DNA from: a virus
Virus record (IMG/VR): IMGVR_UViG_3300045988_044010
DNA: 64,000 nt
Direction: 5' to 3' (one strand)
Each line of letters opens with the position of its first letter. Position 1 is the first letter of the stretch. The notes under the pieces are model-generated. The model ran no database searches and was not told where the DNA came from. It worked only from the letters and a program-made list of their open reading frames with translations. Shown here piece by piece: positions 40,401 to 51,590 of the stretch. The position numbers and the translations under genes were made by a program.

Positions 40401-41918
40401 TGGGATTATGTAGAAGCATTGAATAATAAAGATGCTTTAGCAGATATGGCTCTTCAACAAGAAAGACAAGATTGGATAGACGATGCTCCTTATATTCATC
40501 ATATAACAGAACTACCTAGTTATTAGAACATGAATTATGCGTTAGCTAGACAAGATAGAGTATATACTGAAACGGAAGATGATATGAATGTGGACGATGA
40601 GTTCTTTCCTGTATTAGAAGAAAGAGAAGAACCTACAATTTTGGCTGATTATAGTAATATAAAAAATTACTTGAAAACATATAGTGGTATAATAACTAAT
40701 CTAGAACCTAATCAAATATTTGTATTTGGTTCAAATACACAAGGTAGACATGGTAAAGGAGCTGCTTTAACAGCAAAAAATAAATTTGGAGCAGTGTATG
40801 GACAATCAGAAGGTATACAAGGATAGTCTTATGCTATAATAACTAAAGATTTGACAAGTAGTGTACAACCATCTAGAACTCCAGAATAGATAGTTGAATA
40901 GATAAACAAATTATACACTTATGCTAGGCAGCATAGAGACAAAGAATTTTTAGTAGCATATTCTGGCACAGGTACTAATCTAAACTACTATTCTAATGAA
41001 GACTTAGCACGTATGTTTGCTAAATACCCTATACCAGATAATATAGTGTTTGAAAAATCTTTTAGTGAACTTGTGTTTAAATACATAAATAAAGAAATAG
41101 ATAAAATGTTTAATAACACGAATGCTGCAAAATTTATTAATCACTCTGGAGGAGCTCTTGGATCAGATACTATGTGGGGTAAAATAGGTGAAGAATATGG
41201 AGTATATTCTAAACACTATTACGCAGAAGGTCAAAAGACGCCTAATGGAAATACCGCATTGGGTAAACAATTATTATCTGAATCAGATGTTCATCTGAAG
41301 GAAGCTAATAAAAAATTAGGTAGATTATTTCCTACTAGTAAAGACTATGTGAATAATTTACTTAGACGTAATTGGTTTCAAGTAAAGAATGCTGACGCAG
41401 TATTTGCTATAGGAACTATAGCTGATAATGGTACTGTAAATGGTGGTACTGGTTGGGCTGTTCAAATGGCAATAGATAATAATAAAGATGTATATGTATT
41501 TGATCAAAGTAGGTTAAAATGGTATAGGAATAGAGATCATAAATGGTCAGAGGTAACCACACCAAAACTCACTCCTAATTTTGCAGGTATAGGTACTAGA
41601 GAAATAACGCAAGAAGGAATTCAAGCCATTAGAAATGTTTATGCTCTTACTTTTAGAGGGTAGATTGAAAACTATATTAGTCTAGAAAATAAATCAGATC
41701 TATTCCCATCTAGTTTACCACTAACTGGAGTTGAATTAATGGCATTATATGAACAAGGAAATTCAAGAATAAGTGAAGTACTTGATCAAATGGAAGATCT
41801 TACACCAGAAGAAAGATAGACTTACTTAAATGAATTTGCACAGTTTATGACAGACAATGAAGTTAATACGCAAGATAAACTTGAAGAAGCATTGAGAAAA
41901 TTCATATGTAACTTATAA
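28422..41918 (+). CDS. Giant multidomain virion protein (4,498 codons) containing a crAss-type virion RNA polymerase module
   Basis: Eighteen ORF-track fragments from 28305 to 41663 all lie in frame 0. I translated every gap and found no in-frame TAA or TGA until 41916-41918. A HEAWH zincin-like motif sits at 33630-33644 and a DFDID (DxDxD) motif at 38142-38156. Confidence 0.8.
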
Positions 41919-41930
41919 TAACCAGATAAT

Positions 41931-44900
41931 ATGTATAAATGTCCTAACAAAAATCTTCCTGAATGGAAGGAACTAGAAAAAGTTGTACCAGAAGTCGCAT
42001 ATACTATCTGGGATATGAATAATGGTCATGGTATAGATAAGGCTCCGAATGGGGAGCCTTCTATATTGTTTGACAATTTAATATAGAAACTAGGTAATAG
42101 AGAAGAAGCGATTAAAGCTAAAGCTAAGATATTCTCTAGAGATTTTATACAGAGTAAAGAAGAATACGCTAAAGATTCTAACGGAGAACCTATAGTTGAC
42201 GCTGTATTAACATTGCCACAAGTAACATATAATGAAGTAAATTTTGATTTACTGAATGAGGATCAAATTAGAGTGATATCAGAAGTATCTAACACTTATA
42301 ACAAGATACAAAAAGGTCTAAAAGATAGACTTAATGCTATTAAAAGATACTCAAATAAAAGCCCTAAAGTATGGAGATAGTTACAAACTTTAATACAACA
42401 ATTATCTAATTCTGAGACTGAACAAGGTATGTTACAATTCATGGAGCATATAGATGAATCAGTTAAAGACAGTATCCAGTTCTTGAATAGACCAATTGAA
42501 GATATAAATTCTAAATAGATTAGGTAGCTGTCCAATGATTATGTTGGATTCTACAAACCACTTATAGACGATATTGCATATTTAGTAGATACTACAGATT
42601 TATTCAAAGATAAAGAGAACTATCAACAGATAAAAGATAATCTAAGTCAATTACAACAATAGCTTAATCAAGTAAATAATAAATTTATTAATGTTCTCAA
42701 AAGTAAAGGTTATTAGTATTTGAAGAATTTCTTAAAATAGCAAGGAATGCCTAATGATATCATACAAGAAACTATAAATTGGTTAGATGATCCCAAACAT
42801 GATTCTAACATGTTTATGAATTGGTTCGGTATGGCTACTAATAGTAATAATGCTGTTCAACAAACTATAGCTAAAACGTTAAATGACGTAAAAAATGCTA
42901 CAGATAGAGAAACTCTAGATGTTGGTATAAAATTGACTAAAACATTAAAAGTTGCCAAAGATAAGTATGGTAACGATGTCTAGAAATTACTGTATGAAAA
43001 ACTTGATGATGGTACATATTCTGGATTAAGAGTTAAACCTCTTAATTATGGTCAAATGAGTAAAAACAGAAAGGAATTTCTGTAGAAATTAGCAGAAAAA
43101 TTATCTATAGAAAAAGATAGTGATGGACAATATATACTACCATAGGATGAAGATATTTAGAATAAATGGTATACTGCTATAAATAACTGGTATAATGAAA
43201 ATGCAGACAGAAAATATAAATCTGAATATTATACGGCTCGTAATAAAATATTATCGTTAAAAACCAGAGATGCTGTGAATGAGGTATAGAGATACATTGA
43301 TAACTTAACATCTCCTATTACTATTGATGGTGTAGAATATACTAACTTACTTAGTGAATCTGAATAGATGCAGTTAGAATAGTTGCGTAAACAAAAATCT
43401 CTATTATCAAATCCATATAATCTAGATGGAAGTGAGAAGACTGGAGATGATGCTATAATAGCTAAAGAATTATCTGAATTTAACAAGCTAGTATCTGAAC
43501 ATATAAAATATAAAACAGATAAAGCTAAATATGATGCAGACAGAGCCAAAGTAGCTAGTAAGTATGGGGAAGGATCCGAAGAGTTAAAGCTATGGGAAAA
43601 TAGAAACACTGTAGAGAAATATACTTAGGAATTCTATGACAGAATAGATAATCTAAATAAAGTAGAACAAAGTGATATATACTAGGATTTAGTTCAAAAA
43701 AGAAGACAGCTTCAACAACTGTTTAAAGATCCACGTACAGGCAAAATAGATGTTACTTAGTTATCTGATACTGAAAAAGCTGCACTATTATAGTTAGATC
43801 AAGATATCGCAGATGTAACTGAATTTAAAACAAAGGAAGAAACAGAAAGTAATTCAGATAAGTTCAGTGATTTTGCAGAAATGGCTTTTACTGATTAGTA
43901 TTTTATAGATATGGACAATGCTAAGAAAGCGGGAACATAGGCTTATAATGATTGGTTTATGGCTAACCATTATGAAGACAAAAGAGGATATATGTAGGCT
44001 GCATCTTATTACAAAGAGCTAAAACCGCTTCCTCAATATATACAATAGTATACAGAAAGAGCTCCTATAAACAAATATTCTACATTAGATCCTAGTTCTG
44101 ATTGGTATAATAACAATTGGGATCCAAACGGTCCGGCGATACAACCAAAAAAAGATAAGTATAACAATAAGAAGGCTTATGACGCTATGGCTAATAAACC
44201 AGAGGTATTAGACCTATATAATTAGATTGAAGAAATAATGTCATTAGCCAATAGTTATGTATCTTTCATGTAGTTCGCTAATGACAGTAGAATGCCTCAA
44301 ATACCTGCTAGATTTATGCAAGCACTTAATCGTAAAGATGGTCTTTTATCAAAATTAGGATATGCTTTTGAAGATTTAGCTACAACTAAAGCAGATGACT
44401 TAGACTTCGTGGAAGAATTCGCTACTATGCCTAATGGAGACCCTATAAAAGTAATACCTACTAGATTTATAAAAATGTTAGATGACCCAAATACTATATC
44501 TACAGACGCAGTAGCGGCTACAGTATAGTATTATAATATGGCAGCTAATTATAAAAATATGTCAAAGCATTAGGACGATATAGAGCTTATGCTAAATCTT
44601 TTAAAGTAGGTATCAATTAAAACAAGGAAGGACGTTAAAGGTCCCGGTTCTACTAATGTTTACAAGCAATCACAACTGTTAGTTGATAGACTGATGTATG
44701 GTAGAAATAAGAGTCCTATATTAGTAGAAGCGTTTGGTAAAGAATATAATGTAGGTAAGATGCTAGATATTGCTAGAGGATTTGTTACTAAAGTTAACCT
44801 ATCTGGTAACTTATGGTCTATTGGAACTAGCTTCTTTACAGATGCTACATATACTACTTTAGAGGCAAAAATGGGTAAATACTTTGACTTAGAAGATCTA

Positions 44901-46079
44901 AACTTTGCTAAGAGTGAATTCTTTAGGTAGCTTCCAGATATGATGGCAAACATTGGTAATCCTATACCAAACGGCAAAGTACCATATTTATTGATGTTAA
45001 ATCAAGTAGTAAAAGACAACAGAGAATTATTTGATAGATTAGACCAAAGTCAAGTATTACGTTCTATTAATCAGAACTTTTGGTTTGCAGGATATACACA
45101 AGCAGATTATACTGTTAAAAGCCACACGCTTCTAAGTATCTATCATAATTATCGTTTCGTAGATGGTGAAGGTTTTTTATCTAAACAATAGTATATTGAT
45201 AAATTTTATTCAGATGATAGAAAAAAAGGAGCAGTGGCATTTAAACAGCTTTCTACTACGTTATATGATGCTTATATCACTAATAATAAAGGCGAGGTTT
45301 CTGTAGATTCTAAATACAGTAAGTATGTTACTGAAAAGCTTTTAAATGATGTTAGAAATAGAATTGATATATTATCTAAAAGAATTGACGGTACTTTGAG
45401 AGAAGTAGATAAAGCAGCAGTTCATGCAAGTTCTATTGCATCTTACTTAGTATTACATCGTAACTTTATGGTATCTGCTTTATAGGATAGATTTAAGAAG
45501 AGACAATATAATCTAGATCTTGGTGCTATGGAAGAAGGTTATTATAGATCTGCTGGCAAGTTCTTATCAAATGTGTTAAAGAATAAACATTTTGCTCTTA
45601 CTTAGTTATTAGCAGATTATAATAATATGAAAGACTATGAACAATATGGAGTAAGAAGAGTACTTAATGAGTTAATGTTGGTAGCTGGTTCTACGTCAGT
45701 AGCTATTGCATTTGCTTCATTAGTAGATGGAGATGATGATTATGATATGTGGTTAACACAATCAATTACGTACTTGGCTATGCGTTCAGCATTTGAATTT
45801 AGAACTATGTATAACCCACTCGAATTAATTTCTTTAATCAAATCTCCTACAGCAGCTTTCAATTGGTTTGATAATTTATCAAGCTTCATTAATCTGATAA
45901 ATCCATTTGCATATACTGGAGATAGAACACCTTTTACTATAATAGATAGAGGAGTGTATAAAGGAATGCCTGTTATATTAAAGAATATAATTAAAGTAAC
46001 CCCATTTAAGAGTGCATTTGAAGCTTAGGATCCAAAAACAAAACGAAATTATCTATAGAATCAATTAATGAACTTCTGA
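41931..46079 (+). CDS. Large virion protein (1,382 codons), last gene of the late block
   Basis: Seven track ORFs (42747 to 45627) all lie in frame 0. Gaps were hand-translated and hold only TAG. It ends at TGA 46077-46079. Confidence 0.7.
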
Positions 46080-46126
46080 GTTTCTATATAAATTATCAAT
46101 TCGCAGTGAACACTGCAAAAAAGGAA

Positions 46127-46152
46127 AAGCCTACTAGACAACTAGTAGGCTT
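46127..46152. terminator. Hairpin terminator at the convergence of the late and early blocks
   Basis: AAGCCTACTAG-ACAA-CTAGTAGGCTT forms a perfect 11-bp stem. On the minus strand it is followed by TTCCTTTTTT. A second palindrome, GCAGTGAACACTGC, lies at 46104-46117. Confidence 0.6.
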
Positions 46153-46157
46153 ATTAG

Positions 46158-46658
46158 TTATATGTCATCACCAAATTCCATATAACTATAATAGTCTTCT
46201 TCTGGTATTTCAGCTTCTATAGACTCACCAAATCTATAGTGATTATAAAACAAACGCTCTTCTAATTCTGGAACTGGCACGTTGTTCCAAAACCTGTTTA
46301 TTTCTAATGCTGTTTTCAAATTATAAGTTTTACCATTTATACGAAGCCTATCAATATCTTTTTTATACTTAGGATTACTAAAACAATAGACAGTATAATG
46401 TTTTTTCTTAATAGTTATATAGTGAGTATTATAGATAGTATCTAACTGTCTAAACTTAAGAAATCTGTTTAAAGATTCCTTAGTGTTTACACTACTATCA
46501 TAAACAAAAAAGACCTTATCTTCTAAATAAGGTCTATTCTTATCACTAGTAAACGCATTAACAAAACCACTTTCTACTGTTAAATCTTCCCAAGTAATGT
46601 TATCGTTGCATAACGGAGCTATATATATACTTACATCATTCAAGTTCTTCAGTTCCAT
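46158..46658 (-). CDS. Hypothetical protein
   Basis: Intact standard-code ORF with a TAA stop. Confidence 0.7.
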   Translation of the reverse strand: MELKNLNDVSIYIAPLCNDNITWEDLTVESGFVNAFTSDKNRPYLEDKVFFVYDSSVNTKESLNRFLKFRQLDTIYNTHYITIKKKHYTVYCFSNPKYKKDIDRLRINGKTYNLKTALEINRFWNNVPVPELEERLFYNHYRFGESIEAEIPEEDYYSYMEFGDDI

Positions 46659-47622
46659 CTTCTTCGTAATATTTACGAGTATGGTCCCAATTACCTGTCT
46701 GATAATGATATGATATTTCTGTTAATGCTTCTGCTATTAGGTCTTTGCGATCCAACAACTCTTTCTCATTTAACATATTAAAAACACGTACTTCATTATT
46801 ACCATTACTCTGAATAGCAATAATATACGCTTCTAAATCATATTCTTCTATATCATAACCTTCTTCCTTGAAATACCAAGTAAGAGCTAGTATATAGAAT
46901 GCTATCTGTCTATAATAATCATATTCTTCTACAGAATGCTTGAAATTATAAACATCAGCAGTTGTTTTTAAGTCAATTAATGTAATCCTTCTATTACAAT
47001 GGTCAATCTTGACTCTATCTAATAGTGACTTACAGGATACATTTGCTTTTTCATATTCCCAATTTATATGAAACTCATTATTACATTCTAAACCGGGCTG
47101 ATTTGTAAGTAACTCACTTGCTTTTTTATGATTATCTATGTTTTCCTTAATACGTCTAAGCATAGTTATATCAGCAAATGATATTACTGTTTTGTTAGCT
47201 TTTTCAAGTTTTAAGTATGAAATATATTCTCCGAACGAATCAACTATCTGTTTAGCTTCTTCTAGTTTTTTCTCATTAGATTTACTATTACTATAAGCTT
47301 TATTATAGCTATTAAGCAATAATTTATCATTATCTTCTAGAGGATTTACAGCTAATTCTTGAACATATTCTATACATAAAGTTTTTTGTTGACTTACTTT
47401 AGGTACTACAAAATCTAAGATTATATAGTTATCCCAAAATTCGTCTGGTTGAAGTAGGTACATATGTATCATAGTTCCTTTTTCAAGAAACTTTCCACTA
47501 ATACCTTCTTCTTTACCATCAAGCATATCCTTGAGGTAACGAGGTCCTTTCTTCAAGAACCATCCTATTGCTGAATTTGATATTCGCGTGTTATCTTCAT
47601 AATACGGAATTTCTATTTTCAT
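46636..47622 (-). CDS. PD-(D/E)XK nuclease (RecB/Cas4-like exonuclease family)
   Basis: The sequence contains ...RITLIDLKT... (D-x-K) followed by YYRQIAFYILAL (QxxxY). Confidence 0.7.
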   Translation of the reverse strand: MKIEIPYYEDNTRISNSAIGWFLKKGPRYLKDMLDGKEEGISGKFLEKGTMIHMYLLQPDEFWDNYIILDFVVPKVSQQKTLCIEYVQELAVNPLEDNDKLLLNSYNKAYSNSKSNEKKLEEAKQIVDSFGEYISYLKLEKANKTVISFADITMLRRIKENIDNHKKASELLTNQPGLECNNEFHINWEYEKANVSCKSLLDRVKIDHCNRRITLIDLKTTADVYNFKHSVEEYDYYRQIAFYILALTWYFKEEGYDIEEYDLEAYIIAIQSNGNNEVRVFNMLNEKELLDRKDLIAEALTEISYHYQTGNWDHTRKYYEEDGTEELE

Positions 47623-48521
47623 GCTGCTGTTTTTGTTTCTTCAAATATGTTACTATCTACAATAAAATCTTCTTCTATTGTATTAGTGTCAGTAACAAAG
47701 TTTCCTGAAGTATCCCATTCAACTTCATCTTCCTTTACAGGAATTTCTGCGCGTAGTTCTTCTGAGTAATTCTGTATGAGATCGCTCAGTTGCTTAGAAA
47801 ACTCTACAGTTTGTGTTAAATTGGATATTGTTTGTAATCGTAGAAGAATCTCATCTATGATTTCTTGTCTTTTGTCTTCAGTCATAATATCTATTGTTAC
47901 TATTTCCAAGTTCTTTTTAAAATTATACCCATCGTCCAATATAGAACAATTATGTTGTCCTATATGCCCATATGATACACCATCATGCCAATGTCCAAAC
48001 AAATGATGTTTATATCTTCCAGAACTATAATAAAATAATTCATTATTATAATTAGGATTATCATGAGTAAGCAGTATATCACATTTAGGTATCTTTTTGA
48101 ATGGATTATCTTCTACTTCATCAGTAGGATATTCAAATGCCCATTTACCCGGTTGGTATTCGATAGGTTTTATCCAAGGAGTTCCATAGAAGGTTGTACC
48201 TTCATATGTATATGACTCATCAATAAGCATTTCTACTTTATTACCAGTCATTCCTCTCATAACCTCTTTAGTTTCTGCCCAAGCTTCTTCGTTATAGAGC
48301 TTTTCTAGGTAGAAATCATGATTACCCGGAACTACGATTATCTTTTTACAAGGTAATTCATTAGCCCATTTAGTAAATCTTCTAGTCCACCAAGTAGCAG
48401 ATGCATCCATGGATCTTTGTTCATTTAATGGAATTATGTCTCCACAAATGCACAAAACATCACATTTAGGAATCCCATTATAGAGATTCCCATGTATATC
48501 ACTAATTCCACATATTTTCAT
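47619..48521 (-). CDS. Calcineurin-like metallophosphoesterase
   Basis: Motifs present are SDIHGN, CGDI, GNHD, LTHDNP and GHWH. Confidence 0.8.
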   Translation of the reverse strand: MKICGISDIHGNLYNGIPKCDVLCICGDIIPLNEQRSMDASATWWTRRFTKWANELPCKKIIVVPGNHDFYLEKLYNEEAWAETKEVMRGMTGNKVEMLIDESYTYEGTTFYGTPWIKPIEYQPGKWAFEYPTDEVEDNPFKKIPKCDILLTHDNPNYNNELFYYSSGRYKHHLFGHWHDGVSYGHIGQHNCSILDDGYNFKKNLEIVTIDIMTEDKRQEIIDEILLRLQTISNLTQTVEFSKQLSDLIQNYSEELRAEIPVKEDEVEWDTSGNFVTDTNTIEEDFIVDSNIFEETKTAA

Positions 48522-48572
48522 ACTGTAAGAATTTAGTAAGTTTATATATAAGTATTGAATAAAATAGTATCA

Positions 48573-49406
48573 TTAGAATAAATCATCATCTATATCATCA
48601 GAATTACTTGTTCCTGTCCTTATTACTCCATTTAAGCTAAGATTCATATCTTTAGCTAATTTATCTAATGGAATATCTTCGAAGAGAACAACTTCATCCA
48701 AGAATGCTGAAATATTATCAAATGATTTAACTTCCATATGTTCGACGATGAAGTTCACAACTTCATCTATGTTCTTTACTCCTTTATCTTCTGCCATATA
48801 GCGTACGAATACAGAATTAGAATTTGCTTCATATTCTTTGAAATAACGAACACGTGAACAACGATCAAAGAAGTTATCGTCTATTTTATCTGTTTTATTA
48901 CAGGTCATCAATACCAGTTTCTTTGACGTAGCTTCTACACCATCTAAGAATCCTAACAGATCCTTAGTTTCCCACCAATAACTATTCTTCTCAATTTCGT
49001 CAAACATAACTACTACAGGAGTAGTAAAATGTTTGAAGAAACTAGTAAGTTTATTAGCAGGATAGTCATTTGCGACTATAATAATAGGTAAATTACTTTC
49101 TAAGGCAATACGTTTAGAGAGCATTGTTTTGCCTGTACCTTTAGTACCAGCAAGCAATATACCTGTTGTCTTTCCAGAATTTTCGGAATTAAAATAATTA
49201 AGTACACGCTTGATAAACTTATTATCTTCTTCTAGTTCATATAATTTATTTGGCATGTTTAAATCTCCATTCTCTTTGAGATAAGATCTTCCCTGCATTC
49301 TATCATACTCTAGATCGTATACTTTATTATTTATGAGCTCATAAGAAATACCTTCTAACTTAGGTTTAACTGTAATCTCATTTCCAATCTTAATAAATTC
49401 TGCCAT
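48573..49406 (-). CDS. AAA+ ATPase
   Basis: Walker A is GILLAGTKGTGKTML and Walker B is VVVMFDEIEK. Confidence 0.8.
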   Translation of the reverse strand: MAEFIKIGNEITVKPKLEGISYELINNKVYDLEYDRMQGRSYLKENGDLNMPNKLYELEEDNKFIKRVLNYFNSENSGKTTGILLAGTKGTGKTMLSKRIALESNLPIIIVANDYPANKLTSFFKHFTTPVVVMFDEIEKNSYWWETKDLLGFLDGVEATSKKLVLMTCNKTDKIDDNFFDRCSRVRYFKEYEANSNSVFVRYMAEDKGVKNIDEVVNFIVEHMEVKSFDNISAFLDEVVLFEDIPLDKLAKDMNLSLNGVIRTGTSNSDDIDDDLF

Positions 49407-49419
49407 AACTGTAATTTTT

Positions 49420-49812
49420 TTATGTTTTTAACTTGTTGACCAATTCATCAACTTGTTTTTGCGTATGTACTATATAATAATCTATATCTAGATTATTTAC
49501 ATACAAATAATACTTAAAAAGTTTTTCACGCAAAGCCCATGCATCATTTGGATAGCCTTTGCATTCAATAATAAACTTATCACCTACAAAATCAGGTTTA
49601 TAAGTTATTGCTCTATATTTCTTATCACCAAAAGTAAAAGCTGGAAGCAGTTCGTATCGTTGAGTTTCATACTCAGCTTTGATATTCGACTCTTCCAGCT
49701 TCTTATATGTATATGTCTCAAGTTTGCTTTTAAACTTAATACCATTATACTCATTTGGTGTTGCATTGCGAATTTTGCTTTCGCTAGGTTTATTTCTTTT
49801 CCTCTACATCAT
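49420..49812 (-). CDS. PD-(D/E)XK endonuclease, DUF1064/Holliday-junction-resolvase-like; TAG at codon 3
   Basis: Hand translation gives MM-Q-RKRNKPSESKIRNATPNEYNGIKFKSKLETYTYKKLEE...RAITYKPDFVGDKFIIECKGYPND...LFKYY, ending at TAA 49420-49422. The ORF track misses it because the only ATGs precede TAG 49804-49806. Confidence 0.65.
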
Positions 49813-49945
49813 TAGTAATATTAGATTTTCTGGAAATAGTTTTCCTTTTATGTCCAAAGGCAATAAAAAAATTACTATTTACTAATTTGAATGGAAAAGC
49901 TAATGCTTTACGCAATCCTTTGGAAATATAATTAAGTTTGCTCAT
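49790..49945 (-). CDS. Small hypothetical ORF (51 aa)
   Basis: ATG 49945 overlaps the upstream TGA (ATGA). Its coding status is uncertain. Confidence 0.3.
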   Translation of the reverse strand: MSKLNYISKGLRKALAFPFKLVNSNFFIAFGHKRKTISRKSNITNDVEEKK

Positions 49946-50514
49946 TGTTTTATATAGTTTTTTATGAAATTAGCCAATTTATCAATAGATACAAAGTCAT
50001 AATTTGCAAAACTACTATCAATACCAACATCTATACGAATGTGGTCAGGTAATTCTGCTGAGTTTTGTAAATCTACCGATCCATGGCAATGACCGTGAAG
50101 CATTATACTACCTTTTTCAATATGTTCCCAAGAGAACATAGGAAAATGACACATAATTACTTCAATGTCTTTTGGTAATGACTGAAACACAGTTTTCTTA
50201 AATGTCATATTCTTTATCTGAGTAATATGATTGAAGAAACATCTGTGATTATCTGATACTTTATCATGATTTCCTAGTATAAGTACTTTATTTCCATTTA
50301 ATCTCTGAAATAGTTTTCGTTTTTCATCTGTTGTTCCAAATGCAAAATCTCCTAGAATATATACAGTATCATGTTTATCAATTCTACTGTTCCACTTTTG
50401 TATCATTTTCTCTGTTACCTCTTTCATATTATTACCAAATAGTTCTCTCCGTTTAGGATGAAAATCTAGTATTCTATTATGAAAGAAATGCCAATCTGCT
50501 GTGAACCATATCAT
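49942..50514 (-). CDS. Calcineurin-like metallophosphoesterase
   Basis: Motifs present are TADWHFFH, ILGDF, GNHD and HGHCHG. Confidence 0.8.
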   Translation of the reverse strand: MIWFTADWHFFHNRILDFHPKRRELFGNNMKEVTEKMIQKWNSRIDKHDTVYILGDFAFGTTDEKRKLFQRLNGNKVLILGNHDKVSDNHRCFFNHITQIKNMTFKKTVFQSLPKDIEVIMCHFPMFSWEHIEKGSIMLHGHCHGSVDLQNSAELPDHIRIDVGIDSSFANYDFVSIDKLANFIKNYIKQ

Positions 50515-51482
50515 TTGTTAATATTTTTAGTTAACCAATTTTTCACTTTATCAAATCCATTAGCTTTTATAGCATCAGATACATCTTTTGCTTTAAACTT
50601 TTTATGAATTAGCATACCTTCTAAGCCTGTTTTCTGGCTCATTTTACGGAGATATTTTACTCCGGCTTCATCTCTATCAAACAATATAATAATACGTTTA
50701 AAACGCTTCTTAAGTTGTTCTAGAACTCTATCAGGTATGAATGTAGATTCAGATGAAGGTGAGATAGCTGGTATACCCATCTCGTATAGGCACATAACAT
50801 CTTTCATACTTTTGGTTATAACAAGTATATCTCCTGTTTTAGGTAATTGTTTATAACCCTGAATGTCTAATTCAGTTAAGTTGTTACGCCATTTTGTATA
50901 TTTATCTGCATATGGTTTATATATCTTAAAATGATTATATACCTTATATGCGTACATAGGATTTTCTTCTTTGTAAACGCTTTTTACTATGCCGTTACAT
51001 AGGTAGTACTTTATACTACTTACTCCAAACTTCTTTAATGTTTCTACCTGTATATTAAACTGCTTCCAGTAATTGATGTCAGTATCGGTAAATTCCTGAC
51101 GTACTACACCAATTACTGTTTCAGTTGACGGTATATATTGCTTAGAGCTATCGAGATGCGTACTACTAGTAATTTTAAGTTTGTTAACTATATCATTTAG
51201 AATATCTGAATAATTAGTTAAACCTGTTATTAAGGATACGAATTTGATAACATTACCACATTCTCCTGTACCATGATCTTTAAACAACAATTGTTTAGTC
51301 TTTCTACTATAGAAACATCCAAACGATGGTGTTTTATCTTTTCTCAATGGAGAATTATAGATCATGCCAACTTTAAAATTGCCAATATACGCTGCATATA
51401 TATCATACTCACTTACTCTAGATAATATATAATCTAAAGTAATAGTAACTTCTTCTTTTATTTTGTTAGTATCAAAAACCAT
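50511..51482 (-). CDS. DnaG-like (Toprim) primase
   Basis: The sequence PLRKDKTPSFGCF...FKDHGTGECGNVIKFV resembles a DnaG zinc-binding region. IILFDRDEAG resembles the Toprim DxD motif. Confidence 0.7.
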   Translation of the reverse strand: MVFDTNKIKEEVTITLDYILSRVSEYDIYAAYIGNFKVGMIYNSPLRKDKTPSFGCFYSRKTKQLLFKDHGTGECGNVIKFVSLITGLTNYSDILNDIVNKLKITSSTHLDSSKQYIPSTETVIGVVRQEFTDTDINYWKQFNIQVETLKKFGVSSIKYYLCNGIVKSVYKEENPMYAYKVYNHFKIYKPYADKYTKWRNNLTELDIQGYKQLPKTGDILVITKSMKDVMCLYEMGIPAISPSSESTFIPDRVLEQLKKRFKRIIILFDRDEAGVKYLRKMSQKTGLEGMLIHKKFKAKDVSDAIKANGFDKVKNWLTKNINK

Positions 51483-51497
51483 ATGATATATTGTTAG

Positions 51498-51584
51498 TGG
51501 CAGTGTAGAGATTTGAACTCTACAGTAAAGGAAAGCTGTATCTTACTTTCTTTACACCATGCTCCTGACACTCCGGAACTGCCA
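51498..51584 (-). ncRNA. tRNA-like element 1 (87 nt), anticodon not assignable
   Basis: In the minus sense there is a T arm TAGAG-TTCAAAT-CTCTA, abutted by acceptor GGCAGT(T)/(C)ACTGCC with discriminator A. An exhaustive 5-bp/7-nt search finds no canonical anticodon arm. The centre is a 10-bp bulged hairpin. Confidence 0.5.
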
Positions 51585-51590
51585 TTAAAA

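Noticed and set aside
51498-51584. Element 1 as tRNA-Sec, tmRNA or tRNA-Tyr
   Set aside because: The TCA triplet lies about 18 nt from the 5' end, the wrong place for an anticodon. At 87 nt it is far too short for tmRNA and has no tag ORF. The GTA triplets are not flanked by any pairing stem.
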